Of a stretch of 64,000 nt of DNA, positions 50,092-59,903 are shown piece by piece. The position numbers were made by a program, and so were the translations under genes. The DNA comes from Escherichia phage vB_EcoM_SP1: the sequence record MT682709.1. One strand, given 5' to 3'. Numbering within the stretch: position 1 is the stretch's first letter; the number at the start of each line of letters is the position of its first letter. The notes beneath the pieces are model-generated. The model was not told the origin of the DNA and did not search any database. It worked only from the letters and a program-made list of their open reading frames with translations.

Positions 50092-51185
50092 TAAAAAGTC
50101 CCCGCATATAAAGAAGCACGGTTTAACGTGATAATTTCTCTCATAGTAATCTCAAGAGTAAATGTACTAGGGAGGTTTGGAGCAATAGCTAATCCGTTAA
50201 AGTTACCATTAGGCGTTTTATCAAATCTGATGCTTTGTATTTGGCATGGACCAAATATTTCAGTTTTTCCATCAAACTTAGATGTTGCACCAAAGTTTTT
50301 CACCATCCAAATTGTCGGGTTTGAAACTACTAGAACGTTAGTTAAACTCGATGTCATTTTCTCAAATAGTGTTTTATTTTTAGCTGCGTCTTCCGGAGAT
50401 AAAGGTTCAATTAACGTAGAACGATACCAATCATCTAAATACCCCTTTATTTCAGCAGCATATTGAGATTTGCCCGTTTCACCATAAGAAAAATAGTTAA
50501 AATACTGATAGATATTAATAATAGCCATTAAATCTTCTGTTGAACGTGGAGTCAAATCCCATGTAAACACTTTAGTTCTATTCTCAGCACCACCATACAT
50601 ACTTCTGGCTGTAGTATAAATCTGTTCATTATTATCAGCCATTATACCTTGTGTTATACTTTCCAGTGCCCCAAATACTGCAGTTGAAGCAATATTACTT
50701 AGCACACCAGTAGCAGTACCTCCGCCTCTGCTGATAAGACTTTCTTGAACATCATTAAATCTATGTGATGATGTATCAACATCGGATTTAGATCTTGGTA
50801 AAAGAATATTTGCAACAGGGGCTTTACTTATTGTTCCTGAATTATTATCTGATATTAATCCATTTGACAGTTTTGATACTGTATTACTGATAGTGTTTCT
50901 GGCTGTACGTAAAATACTCGAAGATGAAGAAGAGTAGTTAGATCTCATCGATCTAAGACTTCCAGAATCCCTAGATGACATATTGTACGCAGTAAATAAT
51001 AATCCATTCTTATATAGATCTGTTACCTGGAAGTCCCCTGTAGTGTCATTACCACTAGCACGCCCAGTTGGAAACTGGGCTGTGTATGTTTTAGTTCCTA
51101 CTTCTGATTTAGTACTCTGTCCGGCTGAAATTTTCTCACCGGACTTTTTAATTAAATCAGCAGTTATTTCTTTAACAATTGCCAT
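50091..51185 (-). CDS. 48: baseplate tail-tube junction protein gp48
   Basis: 364 aa as T4 gp48. Confidence 0.85.
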   Translation of the reverse strand: MAIVKEITADLIKKSGEKISAGQSTKSEVGTKTYTAQFPTGRASGNDTTGDFQVTDLYKNGLLFTAYNMSSRDSGSLRSMRSNYSSSSSSILRTARNTISNTVSKLSNGLISDNNSGTISKAPVANILLPRSKSDVDTSSHRFNDVQESLISRGGGTATGVLSNIASTAVFGALESITQGIMADNNEQIYTTARSMYGGAENRTKVFTWDLTPRSTEDLMAIINIYQYFNYFSYGETGKSQYAAEIKGYLDDWYRSTLIEPLSPEDAAKNKTLFEKMTSSLTNVLVVSNPTIWMVKNFGATSKFDGKTEIFGPCQIQSIRFDKTPNGNFNGLAIAPNLPSTFTLEITMREIITLNRASLYAGTF

Positions 51186-51193
51186 ATTATTCC

Positions 51194-52966
51194 TTAATTA
51201 ACTCCAGTCGCATCAAATACACCAGGAGCAGTCGTGCTCGTTACGGGTGTCATATTATGAACGACAGTATTTTTCTTAATAACATTATTAGTATTATTGA
51301 TTGAAGGAGATGCTTGCTGAACAGGAGCTTGCTGTGCTTTGTTCTTTTCAATAACCTGGACCTGTTTCGCTTCTGGCGATTTAGCAGAAGTTTCAGGTTT
51401 GGCATTAGGCTGATTTTTCTTGAGCTCTTGATAAGTAGCATCAATTTTAGAAAATCTAGCAGCAAGTTCTTTTTTAACTGCCGGTGAATTGTTTAAATCC
51501 GGGTCATCCATCCGTTTTTTAAGGTCTTCATAGGCAGATTCAACAGATTTAACCGTTGAGTCTTTACTCATATCAGCTGAATCAGCATATTTTTCAAAGC
51601 GAATCATTGCGGCACGGGCTTCATTAGCCTTCATTAAAGCATTTTTTCTTTCTTCAGGTGAAAGTTGCTTTAATTTTTCTTCTTCTGCTGCGCGTTCTTC
51701 GTCGGTAGTTAGTGCTTCTTTATTATCAACCCCACGAATCCAATTAGATGCACGAGTTTTCCAATTAGCAATTTTATCTAATCCTTTTGCTATCGGACCA
51801 AGGTCTCCATTCATTCGTTTATCTTGATAATTTGCAACTTTTTCCTGGTCTTCTTTATTGAGAGATGCTCCAGTAGAATTTTGGAAATTTTCTAGTGCTC
51901 TTCCTTCTACTTCATCAGCAGTATCCTTCATGCCAGGAATGACTCGAAGAATTGCAGCAGATAATTTAGCCATTCCAAGCTGAATAAGTTCACCTAAATT
52001 AAAAAGAACCTTTCCAAGCCCTTCAACAATAGCTACTGTTAATCCACCCCAATCTCCCGCTTCCCAGAACTTTTTAATTTCATCAATAGAACTAAAGATG
52101 CTCTGTAATAAAGGACCCCATGTTCCGGTTTCGCTAGAGAATTTAGTAAAGTCTGTACTAAACAAATCCCAAGCCTGCGAAAATTTATCTGACCAATATT
52201 TAAAGTGAACCATCAAAAGGTCTATTCCAACAACAACAGCCAATATCATTGCAGTCATTTTAGCAGCTTCAATAGCAGCACTGACGGTGTACTTAAATAG
52301 CATGCTTGATATTTTATCAGTAATTGAAATGGATTTCTTAAATCCAAAATCAACTGTCTTTGTTAATTTATCTAAAGCTTGAGATAATTTTAAGTTAAAT
52401 GCTTCTTTTTTCTGTTTTTCTTCTGGTGATTCTTGTTTGGGTTCAACTGGTTGAGGGGTAGGGAAAAAATCAGCGTCAGGATCATTATTAACTGCTTCGG
52501 GAGCTGGTAATAAAGGACCCACAGATTCGGCAGTATCATCCTCAACGACTTTAACAGGAATAGCGCTTTCAACCGTGGCTAAACTAGTTCCCGTCTGTTG
52601 AATTCCAGCTGTCTGAATTTTTTGCTCTAGTAAACTTGTTAATTTATCTAATTTGCTTCCGAGTGATTCACCGATTTCTTTATTAATATTGTTGCCAATT
52701 TCGACAGTTTCAGCAATTAACTCAGAACCAGCAGTAGTATCACTCACTGCGCTTTCTACGTTATCAATTGCTCCAATTATTTCATTCGATTTTTCTTCGA
52801 CAGTTTGAGCTATTAATTCAGAGGCAGCTTGAGCATCATCCAATTTCGTAGATATATCATTAAGTCCAGATAAAGTATTAGAAGCGGATTTAGCCGCTTC
52901 CTGTGTTGGTTTATTATCTGAAATAACTTTTCTACGCATCGTTTGCATTTCTTGTGGCTTTTTCAT
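51194..52966 (-). CDS. 29: tail length tape-measure / baseplate hub protein gp29
   Basis: 590 aa as T4 gp29. Confidence 0.85.
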   Translation of the reverse strand: MKKPQEMQTMRRKVISDNKPTQEAAKSASNTLSGLNDISTKLDDAQAASELIAQTVEEKSNEIIGAIDNVESAVSDTTAGSELIAETVEIGNNINKEIGESLGSKLDKLTSLLEQKIQTAGIQQTGTSLATVESAIPVKVVEDDTAESVGPLLPAPEAVNNDPDADFFPTPQPVEPKQESPEEKQKKEAFNLKLSQALDKLTKTVDFGFKKSISITDKISSMLFKYTVSAAIEAAKMTAMILAVVVGIDLLMVHFKYWSDKFSQAWDLFSTDFTKFSSETGTWGPLLQSIFSSIDEIKKFWEAGDWGGLTVAIVEGLGKVLFNLGELIQLGMAKLSAAILRVIPGMKDTADEVEGRALENFQNSTGASLNKEDQEKVANYQDKRMNGDLGPIAKGLDKIANWKTRASNWIRGVDNKEALTTDEERAAEEEKLKQLSPEERKNALMKANEARAAMIRFEKYADSADMSKDSTVKSVESAYEDLKKRMDDPDLNNSPAVKKELAARFSKIDATYQELKKNQPNAKPETSAKSPEAKQVQVIEKNKAQQAPVQQASPSINNTNNVIKKNTVVHNMTPVTSTTAPGVFDATGVN

Positions 52967-53496
52967 TCAAATAATCCAATAATATTGCCAATTCCAGTTA
53001 TTGGACCATTAGGGCCAGGAATTGCTAAAGTTGTAAAAATATCATTTGCCCATTTTAAAACGAATGCTGGCATCTCAAGAAAATTAATTTCTTTAACTTC
53101 ATCATTGACCTTAAGCAAGCATTTAGATAACATATCGCTCACCGTTAAAAATTGTTCAAATTTTCCAGGAGGTCTAAAATAAAATGTATTTCCTTGGTAT
53201 TGAAATTCTAATCTTTGGCATACATAGACATCATTAATGTCATAAGTATAGCCATCTATTTCTTTACGAGATTTAATCTTTCCATTAAATTCCAATAAAT
53301 GAATAGAAACGAAATCAACTTCTGCCGGTGATAAATTCGGACAAATAGAATCAATAAGAAGTTTTAAATTTTCATCAGGACCTTTAACATCCTTTAAAAT
53401 GTTATAATGTTTAAGACCCATTTTAGGAATAGAAACTTCTTTATTGCTTATTGGAAGAACTACTTTCTTCAGTGGTAGTATCAGATTTAAATTCAT
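52963..53496 (-). CDS. 28: baseplate hub distal subunit gp28
   Basis: 177 aa as T4 gp28. Confidence 0.8.
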   Translation of the reverse strand: MNLNLILPLKKVVLPISNKEVSIPKMGLKHYNILKDVKGPDENLKLLIDSICPNLSPAEVDFVSIHLLEFNGKIKSRKEIDGYTYDINDVYVCQRLEFQYQGNTFYFRPPGKFEQFLTVSDMLSKCLLKVNDEVKEINFLEMPAFVLKWANDIFTTLAIPGPNGPITGIGNIIGLFE

Positions 53497-54616
53497 TTTT
53501 AACCTTAACTGGGTCTATTGTTTCCAGTTTCGTTGCATTAGTGAACATATATAGATGAGTTACGGAATTATTATTTGATAATTCGTGGATAACTTCATCA
53601 ACGTAAAATTCGGTTTTAAATTGATTTTTACTATCATTAAAAATAATTTTAACACCAGGAGTCAAGTTAAAATTACCGACAGTAGAACATTTAGCATAGC
53701 CATCATATTGCGCCATAGTTTGAAGACGAATAGCTTCTTCATATCCATTCCTATAAGTCATTTCAGAATAAGCACCTGACCTTGACACTACAATAGAGTT
53801 TTCTCCCTTTCCTGTAGTAATCATTGGCAATGAAGAATCTAAAAATGAATGAGCATAGATAGTAGCGTTTTTCATTGGGTCGCGTTTATGAGGATTCGAT
53901 TTAGTCAACCAAACGAAATCATATGCTAATGGATATTTTAATTCTTGGATGAATTGACCTATTAAAGATGGCTCACCGACAATCATTGGATATGGTTCTT
54001 GATTTATCATCATATCATAGTCCATCATGTTAACTCCCATGATGTCTTGCCACACAAATACAAATTTGTCGCTTCCTACAGCTAGAGCAACTTCTCTGAC
54101 ATACGACAAATAGTTTTCAAATGTACTAGTCCACGGAATATCAGGAACATAAGCATTTATAGCATTTATTGCTGGAGTCAATAGCGTACGGTCTTGATAA
54201 ATGACGCCAAGCATTTCCTTTATAGATTCACCTGCATCAGGAAAAAACGGTCTGCCAAATTTAAGATTTTCTATAGAATGAATAGTTCCCAATTCAATAG
54301 CAATGATGTTATCACCTTTTGAATCTACTGACACGGAAAAATGCTTACATCCATAAATTCTTGTTTTAACATTATTAATATCGTTTGCATTAGCTACAGA
54401 AATCTGAATTATTTCATTTCCATCCATTTTTGTATGGATGTTTTTAGAATCATAAAACTGCAGCATTCCTTCATTTCGGCCATAAAGAGAATCCCGCATA
54501 GTTAATGTGGTAATAGTAGCAGCTAATTCAACAAATCTATTATTACTCCAAGCGTCGTAGCTATCAAATAATTTAACGCTGAGATTTGGATATCCTGGGC
54601 GTTGCAACATACTCAT
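53441..54616 (-). CDS. 27: baseplate hub subunit gp27
   Basis: 391 aa as T4 gp27. Confidence 0.85.
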   Translation of the reverse strand: MSMLQRPGYPNLSVKLFDSYDAWSNNRFVELAATITTLTMRDSLYGRNEGMLQFYDSKNIHTKMDGNEIIQISVANANDINNVKTRIYGCKHFSVSVDSKGDNIIAIELGTIHSIENLKFGRPFFPDAGESIKEMLGVIYQDRTLLTPAINAINAYVPDIPWTSTFENYLSYVREVALAVGSDKFVFVWQDIMGVNMMDYDMMINQEPYPMIVGEPSLIGQFIQELKYPLAYDFVWLTKSNPHKRDPMKNATIYAHSFLDSSLPMITTGKGENSIVVSRSGAYSEMTYRNGYEEAIRLQTMAQYDGYAKCSTVGNFNLTPGVKIIFNDSKNQFKTEFYVDEVIHELSNNNSVTHLYMFTNATKLETIDPVKVKNEFKSDTTTEESSSSNKQ

Positions 54617-55365
54617 TATTGTTTATCCTTCTCAATCAGTTTTAATACGAATCCGCGCTCGGCAGGAATCATTTTCATTATTGAATTTAAGCTATAATTA
54701 CTTTTTACGAGTGTGTGATTAATTTGATAAAAAGTAAATATCTCATCTGGGTTAACTAATAGCTTAAACACATCTATTATATCAGTGTATTTTTTTACAT
54801 ACTTGTCACAACAGGACATGTGTAGCGTTAAATTAATAGGATTCATTGCATCAAGAATTTTTTCTAATGTTTCTATCTCGATTGCATCAACAAGTTCTAT
54901 TTGACTTGATTCGCTAATTTCCTTCCAATCATACCATGTTTCATCTACTTGAACAGAATGAATATTTTCAGTAATCATCTTTGCTTTATTTTCATAAAAC
55001 TCAGAAGGAAACTTTAATTTAATTTTAACATTAGCTACATCAAAAACAGGTTCCTTTAATTCTTTTTGATATATTTCAAATGGAACTGTCTTTTCTTTTT
55101 TACATTTTGGACATACAAATGTGACCGGTACTTTAGTTTTACCTATTGACCCTACAAATACCTGCAAAAATATAAATGGTTGCCAAGTCTTCGGATAGTC
55201 TCCAAAATAATCAGCAATTAAATCAGCAATTATTTCTTTTTGTTCTTGTGGTGACCGATGTTCTATATCGTTTCGAACTAACAAAAAATCTCGATAATCT
55301 TCTACCGTAAATGGTTTAAAACGATGAACACCATCTGGTAATTTACAACGAATAATGTTTGCCAT
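54616..55365 (-). CDS. 51: baseplate hub assembly catalyst gp51
   Basis: 249 aa as T4 gp51. Confidence 0.8.
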   Translation of the reverse strand: MANIIRCKLPDGVHRFKPFTVEDYRDFLLVRNDIEHRSPQEQKEIIADLIADYFGDYPKTWQPFIFLQVFVGSIGKTKVPVTFVCPKCKKEKTVPFEIYQKELKEPVFDVANVKIKLKFPSEFYENKAKMITENIHSVQVDETWYDWKEISESSQIELVDAIEIETLEKILDAMNPINLTLHMSCCDKYVKKYTDIIDVFKLLVNPDEIFTFYQINHTLVKSNYSLNSIMKMIPAERGFVLKLIEKDKQ

Positions 55366-55382
55366 AGATGCTCCTTTTATTC

Positions 55383-55394
55383 TATTTATAAATA
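55383..55394. promoter_or_regulatory. divergent late promoters (TATTTATAAATA) for genes 51 and 26
   Basis: overlapping TATAAATA octamers on both strands in the 50-nt divergent intergenic region. Confidence 0.5.
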
Positions 55395-55415
55395 TGATAA
55401 ATAAAGGAGCTAAAT

Positions 55416-56042
55416 ATGTATGAATACAAATTTGATGTGAGAGTTGGTTCTAAAATAATCAACTGTCGCGCATTTACTCTTAAAGACTATCTAGAACTTA
55501 TTACTGCTAAAAAGAACGGTTCAGTAGAAGAGATCGTTAAAAAGCTAATTAAAGACTGTACAAATGCAAAAGATTTAAACCGCCAAGAATCAGAACTACT
55601 ATTGATTCATTTATGGGCGCATTCTCTTGGAGAAGTTAATCACGAAAACTCCTGGAAGTGCACCTGTGGAACTGAAATACCAACCCATATAAATCTATTA
55701 CATACACAAATAGATGCACCAGAAGACCTCTGGTATACACTGGGCGACATTAAAATTAAGTTCCATTACCCTAAAATTTTTGATGATAAAAATATAGCCC
55801 ACATGATAGTATCATGCATAGAAACGATTCATGCTAACGGGGAAAGCATTCCAATTGAAGACTTGAATGAAAAAGAGTTGGAAGATTTATATTCTATCAT
55901 CACAGAGTCAGATATTGTAGCTATAAAAGATATGCTTTTAAAGCCTACTGTTTATTTGGCTGTTCCAATTAAGTGTCCAGAGTGTGGAAAATCTCACGCT
56001 CATGTAATAAGAGGACTCAAAGAATTCTTTGAGCTATTGTAA
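55416..56042 (+). CDS. 26: baseplate hub subunit gp26
   Basis: 208 aa as T4 gp26. Confidence 0.8.
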   Translation: MYEYKFDVRVGSKIINCRAFTLKDYLELITAKKNGSVEEIVKKLIKDCTNAKDLNRQESELLLIHLWAHSLGEVNHENSWKCTCGTEIPTHINLLHTQIDAPEDLWYTLGDIKIKFHYPKIFDDKNIAHMIVSCIETIHANGESIPIEDLNEKELEDLYSIITESDIVAIKDMLLKPTVYLAVPIKCPECGKSHAHVIRGLKEFFELL

Positions 56043-56440
56043 TGGCAAATATTAATAAGCTTTATTCTGACATTGACCCAGAAATGAAAATGGATTGGGA
56101 CAAAGATGTTTCTAGATCTCTTGGATTAAGGTCAATTAAAAACAGTCTTTTAGGAATTATTACAACCAGAAAAGGGTCAAGGCCATTTGACCCAGAATTT
56201 GGATGCGATTTATCTGATCAACTTTTTGAGAATATGACTCCTCTTACTGCTGATACCGTTGAGCGCAACATTGAAAGTGCAGTAAGAAACTACGAGCCAC
56301 GTATTGATAAATTAGCAGTTAATGTAATACCAGTTTATGATGATTATACTCTGATAGTAGAAATACGCTTTTCGGTCATCGATAACCCTGATGATATTGA
56401 GCAGATAAAACTGCAACTGGCTTCCAGTAATAGAGTATAA
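56042..56440 (+). CDS. 25: baseplate wedge subunit gp25 (GPW/gp25 family)
   Basis: 132 aa; GSRPFDPEFGCDL motif. Confidence 0.9.
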   Translation: MANINKLYSDIDPEMKMDWDKDVSRSLGLRSIKNSLLGIITTRKGSRPFDPEFGCDLSDQLFENMTPLTADTVERNIESAVRNYEPRIDKLAVNVIPVYDDYTLIVEIRFSVIDNPDDIEQIKLQLASSNRV

Positions 56441-56466
56441 TGCTTCACGTATAAACGTGGTATAAT
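56438..56466 (+). promoter_or_regulatory. MotA-dependent middle promoter upstream of uvsY
   Basis: MotA box TGCTTCA at 56441 and TATAAT at 56461 (13-bp spacing). Confidence 0.55.
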
Positions 56467-56506
56467 GAATCTAAGTCCATCCAATAACAATTGAATAGAG
56501 AACAAT

Positions 56507-56920
56507 ATGAAATTAGAAGATCTTCAAGAAGAATTGAAGAAAGATGTGTTTATAGATTCGACTAAATTACAGTATGAAGCAGCTAATAATGTGATGTTAT
56601 ATAGTAAATGGCTCAATAAGCATTCAAGTATTAAAAAGGAAATGCTTAGAATTGAAGCGCAGAAAAAAGTTGCTCTTAAAGCTAAATTAGACTACTACTC
56701 GGGACGAGGAGATGGTGATGAATTTAGTATGGATCGTTATGAAAAATCAGAAATGAAGACAGTTCTATCAGCTGATAAGGATGTTTTAAAAGTTGATACT
56801 TCATTACAATATTGGGGAATTTTATTGGATTTCTGTAGCGGAGCTCTTGATGCTATTAAATCGCGTGGATTTGCTATTAAGCATATTCAAGACATGCGAG
56901 CATTTGAGGCTGGAAAATAA
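56507..56920 (+). CDS. uvsY: recombination mediator UvsY
   Basis: 137 aa as T4 UvsY. Confidence 0.9.
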   Translation: MKLEDLQEELKKDVFIDSTKLQYEAANNVMLYSKWLNKHSSIKKEMLRIEAQKKVALKAKLDYYSGRGDGDEFSMDRYEKSEMKTVLSADKDVLKVDTSLQYWGILLDFCSGALDAIKSRGFAIKHIQDMRAFEAGK

Positions 56921-57144
56921 TGAAATATAGCATTGATGATGCTTTTAATTATGAAGAAGAATTCGAAACGGAAATTCAATTCTTAATGAAAAAGTATAAT
57001 CTCAAGCGTCAGGATATTCGTATCCTGGCTGACCACCCATGCGGTGAAGATGTACTTTATATTAAAGGAAAATTTGCCGGATATCTTGATGAATATTTTT
57101 ATTCTAAAGATATGGGCATTGATATGCATATGAGAGTTATATAA
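56920..57144 (+). CDS. hypothetical protein, 74 aa
   Basis: TAATG-coupled to uvsY. Confidence 0.55.
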   Translation: MKYSIDDAFNYEEEFETEIQFLMKKYNLKRQDIRILADHPCGEDVLYIKGKFAGYLDEYFYSKDMGIDMHMRVI

Positions 57145-57147
57145 ATA
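57140..57147 (+). promoter_or_regulatory. late promoter TATAAATA
   Basis: exact octamer 26 nt upstream of ORF at 57173. Confidence 0.45.
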
Positions 57148-57172
57148 GATATATAATTTAGAGGAGACAATC

Positions 57173-57340
57173 ATGTCAGATAAGATTTGTGTTGTCTGTA
57201 AAACTCCAATCGATTCTGCATTGGTTGTTGAAACAGACAAAGGTCCTGTACATCCTGGGCCTTGCTATAATTACATTAAAGAACTACCAGTTTCAGAAAG
57301 TTCGGAAGAACAATTAAATGAAACACAACTTTTGCTATAG
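57173..57340 (+). CDS. small Cys-containing protein, 55 aa (possible zinc ribbon)
   Basis: RBS GAGGAGACAAUC; CVVC...HPGPC motif; below track length cutoff, hand-translated. Confidence 0.45.
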   Translation: MSDKICVVCKTPIDSALVVETDKGPVHPGPCYNYIKELPVSESSEEQLNETQLLL

Positions 57341-57362
57341 TGTGACCTTTAGTCTATAGTTT

Positions 57363-57393
57363 TGGCCCTTCCTTTTTGGTTGGGCCTTTTTTA
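57363..57393. terminator. bidirectional terminator between convergent genes
   Basis: GGCCC...GGGCC hairpin with T-tract. Confidence 0.5.
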
Positions 57394-57395
57394 AT

Positions 57396-57638
57396 TTAAA
57401 AGCTTTCTTCTACTTCATCGTCTGAATCTTCTAATTCAGCTCTTTTTCCTGCCAAAGCATCTCTGACAGAGATGTCATCAGTATCTTTTAATTCAGTTTC
57501 TTTAACTCTTTTCTTATAATAAGCTTCAAGTTCTTCTAGACCTTCTAATGTTTGGCAAGAGGCAATTTTACCCATAAATTCATCAATAGAAGCTTCATAA
57601 AGAAATTGTTTAAATTCTAGTAACATCTTTTTCTCCAA
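57396..57638 (-). CDS. UvsW.1 small acidic protein
   Basis: 80 aa acidic ORF immediately downstream of uvsW on the same strand. Confidence 0.65.
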   Translation of the reverse strand: MEKKMLLEFKQFLYEASIDEFMGKIASCQTLEGLEELEAYYKKRVKETELKDTDDISVRDALAGKRAELEDSDDEVEESF

Positions 57639-57651
57639 AGGGCCGAAGCCC

Positions 57652-59163
57652 TTATAAATTAACTGTTTTCATTACGTAATTAAATTTTTCATCTGCGTAG
57701 CGCTGAATACGATCAATGCCGTGTTTTAAAAGATAGTTCAAATGAACATATTTCTTTTTCGTATTAGCAGATTTTGGCTTGACGCCACAATCATCAATGA
57801 GGTCCCAGACCGTTGCGATTGTTTTAGAACCATGCTTACGTAATACACGACCTATTGTTTGCAATACAATAATTTTAGATTTAACACCGTGCGCTAAAAC
57901 AACGTGATGCAGATTTTTAACTGAAATACCAGTAGAAAATACACCATAACTAGCTACTATAATTATTCCTTTACCATTTTCAGCTAAGGTTTTCATTACG
58001 TTGCGTGTTTCAGTATCAACTTCCCCTGATACGTAATAAACTTTATCGTATTCATTTTTAATTAAATCGAAAATAGCTTTACCATGTGATACATGCTTAA
58101 ACATGACAAAAGCGTTTTCATCTTTTTGCGCAAGTTTAATAGCTAATTTAGCGATCCATTTATTTCTTTTACTGAGCCCAGTAATAATTTTTATTTCTTC
58201 TTGGTAAGTTTTTCCCTTTAATTTAGTAGTGAACTCATCAGGATAACGAAGAAAAATACTATTAATTTTTAGCTCAGTTACTTGTCCATCTTCCATTAAT
58301 TTAGAAGTCGTTACTGGCTTAAATATTTCACCAAACATTCCAACATACTGCATGATATTGGCTTTGCCATCTCGTAATGAACCAGACAAACCGAATTTGA
58401 ACATGCAGTTATTTAAACCTGATATGATAGATGAAATACTTTTTCCTGTAGCAAGATGGCATTCATCATTCATCATCATTCCAAACTGTGAGAACCATTC
58501 TTTTGGTTGTTTTACTACAGTTTGCCATGTACCAACAATTACTGGTGCATCATTTTTATATTTATCATCTTTTGATGCACCGCCGCCGATTTTCTTTATC
58601 ATTGCATGACTGAATAAACGATAATCAACAAAGTCATCAGCCATCTGAGTTGTTAAAGCAGTTGTTGGAACAATGATAAGAATTTTACCTTCATAATTTT
58701 CCAAATAATAACGTGCAAGCAAAGCTTGAATTAAAGATTTACCTGCGGATGTTGGAAGATTAAGAATTCTACGACGATTAACTAACCCTTCGAACACTGC
58801 ATCTTTTTGATACCAATGCGGTTCAATTCTTTTATTTCCTGAATAGATTTCTAATTTAGAAAGCCATTCATCAAAATCTTTTCTTGATAATTCTTCTTTT
58901 TCGTTAATTTGCGGGTCAATCCAGGCTTTATAGCCAAAGTTATCGCAGAACTTTTTAATTTGCCCAACTAAGCCGAACGGAAGAAGGCGATTATAATCTA
59001 AAAGACGGATTCGTCCATCCCAGTGACCATACTTGTATTTCGGATTAAAACGATACCCATCAGCTTCAAAGCTAAAGAAATCACGGAGTTCATGAAATGT
59101 ACTTTCTTCACAATCAATTCTCACGTGACTAAAATCATAAAAATGTACTTTAATGTCAGTCAT
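57652..59163 (-). CDS. uvsW: SF2 DNA helicase UvsW
   Basis: 503 aa; motifs PTSAGKS (Walker A) and DECH box. Confidence 0.9.
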   Translation of the reverse strand: MTDIKVHFYDFSHVRIDCEESTFHELRDFFSFEADGYRFNPKYKYGHWDGRIRLLDYNRLLPFGLVGQIKKFCDNFGYKAWIDPQINEKEELSRKDFDEWLSKLEIYSGNKRIEPHWYQKDAVFEGLVNRRRILNLPTSAGKSLIQALLARYYLENYEGKILIIVPTTALTTQMADDFVDYRLFSHAMIKKIGGGASKDDKYKNDAPVIVGTWQTVVKQPKEWFSQFGMMMNDECHLATGKSISSIISGLNNCMFKFGLSGSLRDGKANIMQYVGMFGEIFKPVTTSKLMEDGQVTELKINSIFLRYPDEFTTKLKGKTYQEEIKIITGLSKRNKWIAKLAIKLAQKDENAFVMFKHVSHGKAIFDLIKNEYDKVYYVSGEVDTETRNVMKTLAENGKGIIIVASYGVFSTGISVKNLHHVVLAHGVKSKIIVLQTIGRVLRKHGSKTIATVWDLIDDCGVKPKSANTKKKYVHLNYLLKHGIDRIQRYADEKFNYVMKTVNL

Positions 59164-59192
59164 GTCTAAATACCATGTAATAAATATATCTA

Positions 59193-59200
59193 TATTTATA
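59193..59200 (-). promoter_or_regulatory. late promoter TATAAATA (minus strand) upstream of uvsW
   Basis: TATTTATA on plus strand 30 nt upstream of uvsW start. Confidence 0.5.
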
Positions 59201-59213
59201 CTGAGGAAATATT

Positions 59214-59894
59214 ATGATAGATAAAGATTATATTGCAGAGCTGAAGGCTCTTGATGATAATAAAGAAGCTAAAGCTAAATTAGCTGAATATGCTGAACAG
59301 TTTGGTATAAAGGTCAAAAAGAATAAATCTTTTGATAATATCGTTATTGATATTGAAGAAGCCCTCCAGAAGCTCGCTAGTGAACCTATGCCAGAGACTG
59401 ATGGGTTATCTATTAAAGACTTAATCAATGCTGCTGATGCTGCAGAGGGGTTAAAATATGACGATGAAGAAGTCAATCCAGAAGCAGCACTTCTGATTGA
59501 TTCTCCGGTTAAATCTGACATTAAAATTGAAGTAGTAGAAACGGATAAAATTCCTGAAAATACCGATGTTTTGATTGAAGATACTCCTTTTGTTGAAGAA
59601 AAATTCGAACAGGCTGTAGCTGAGATTATTGAATCTGAAAAGCCGTCTGTATTTACTCTTCCGGAAAACTTTAGTCCGAATCTTCAGCTGATTGGAAAAA
59701 ATCCAGGATTCTGTACGGTTCCTTGGTGGATTTATCAATGGATCGCTGAAACTCCGGATTGGAAATCTCACCCAACTAGTTTTGAACACGCGTCGGCACA
59801 CCAAACTTTATTTAGCTTAATTTACTACATTAATCGTGACGGATCAGTTCTAATTCGTGAAACACGCAATTCTTCTTTCGTAACATTAAAATAA
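59214..59894 (+). CDS. acidic protein, 226 aa (inh / hoc.1-like)
   Basis: position between uvsW and hoc; acidic; name assignment from synteny only. Confidence 0.5.
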   Translation: MIDKDYIAELKALDDNKEAKAKLAEYAEQFGIKVKKNKSFDNIVIDIEEALQKLASEPMPETDGLSIKDLINAADAAEGLKYDDEEVNPEAALLIDSPVKSDIKIEVVETDKIPENTDVLIEDTPFVEEKFEQAVAEIIESEKPSVFTLPENFSPNLQLIGKNPGFCTVPWWIYQWIAETPDWKSHPTSFEHASAHQTLFSLIYYINRDGSVLIRETRNSSFVTLK

Positions 59895-59903
59895 GGATAA
59901 CTT

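Noticed and set aside
58352-58609. Plus-strand 85-aa ORF antisense to uvsW
   Set aside because: Internal to the helicase gene, no promoter or RBS.
59228-59804. Minus-strand ORFs (97 and 117 aa) antisense to the inh-like gene
   Set aside because: Low-complexity reverse-frame translations overlapping a plausible plus-strand gene.
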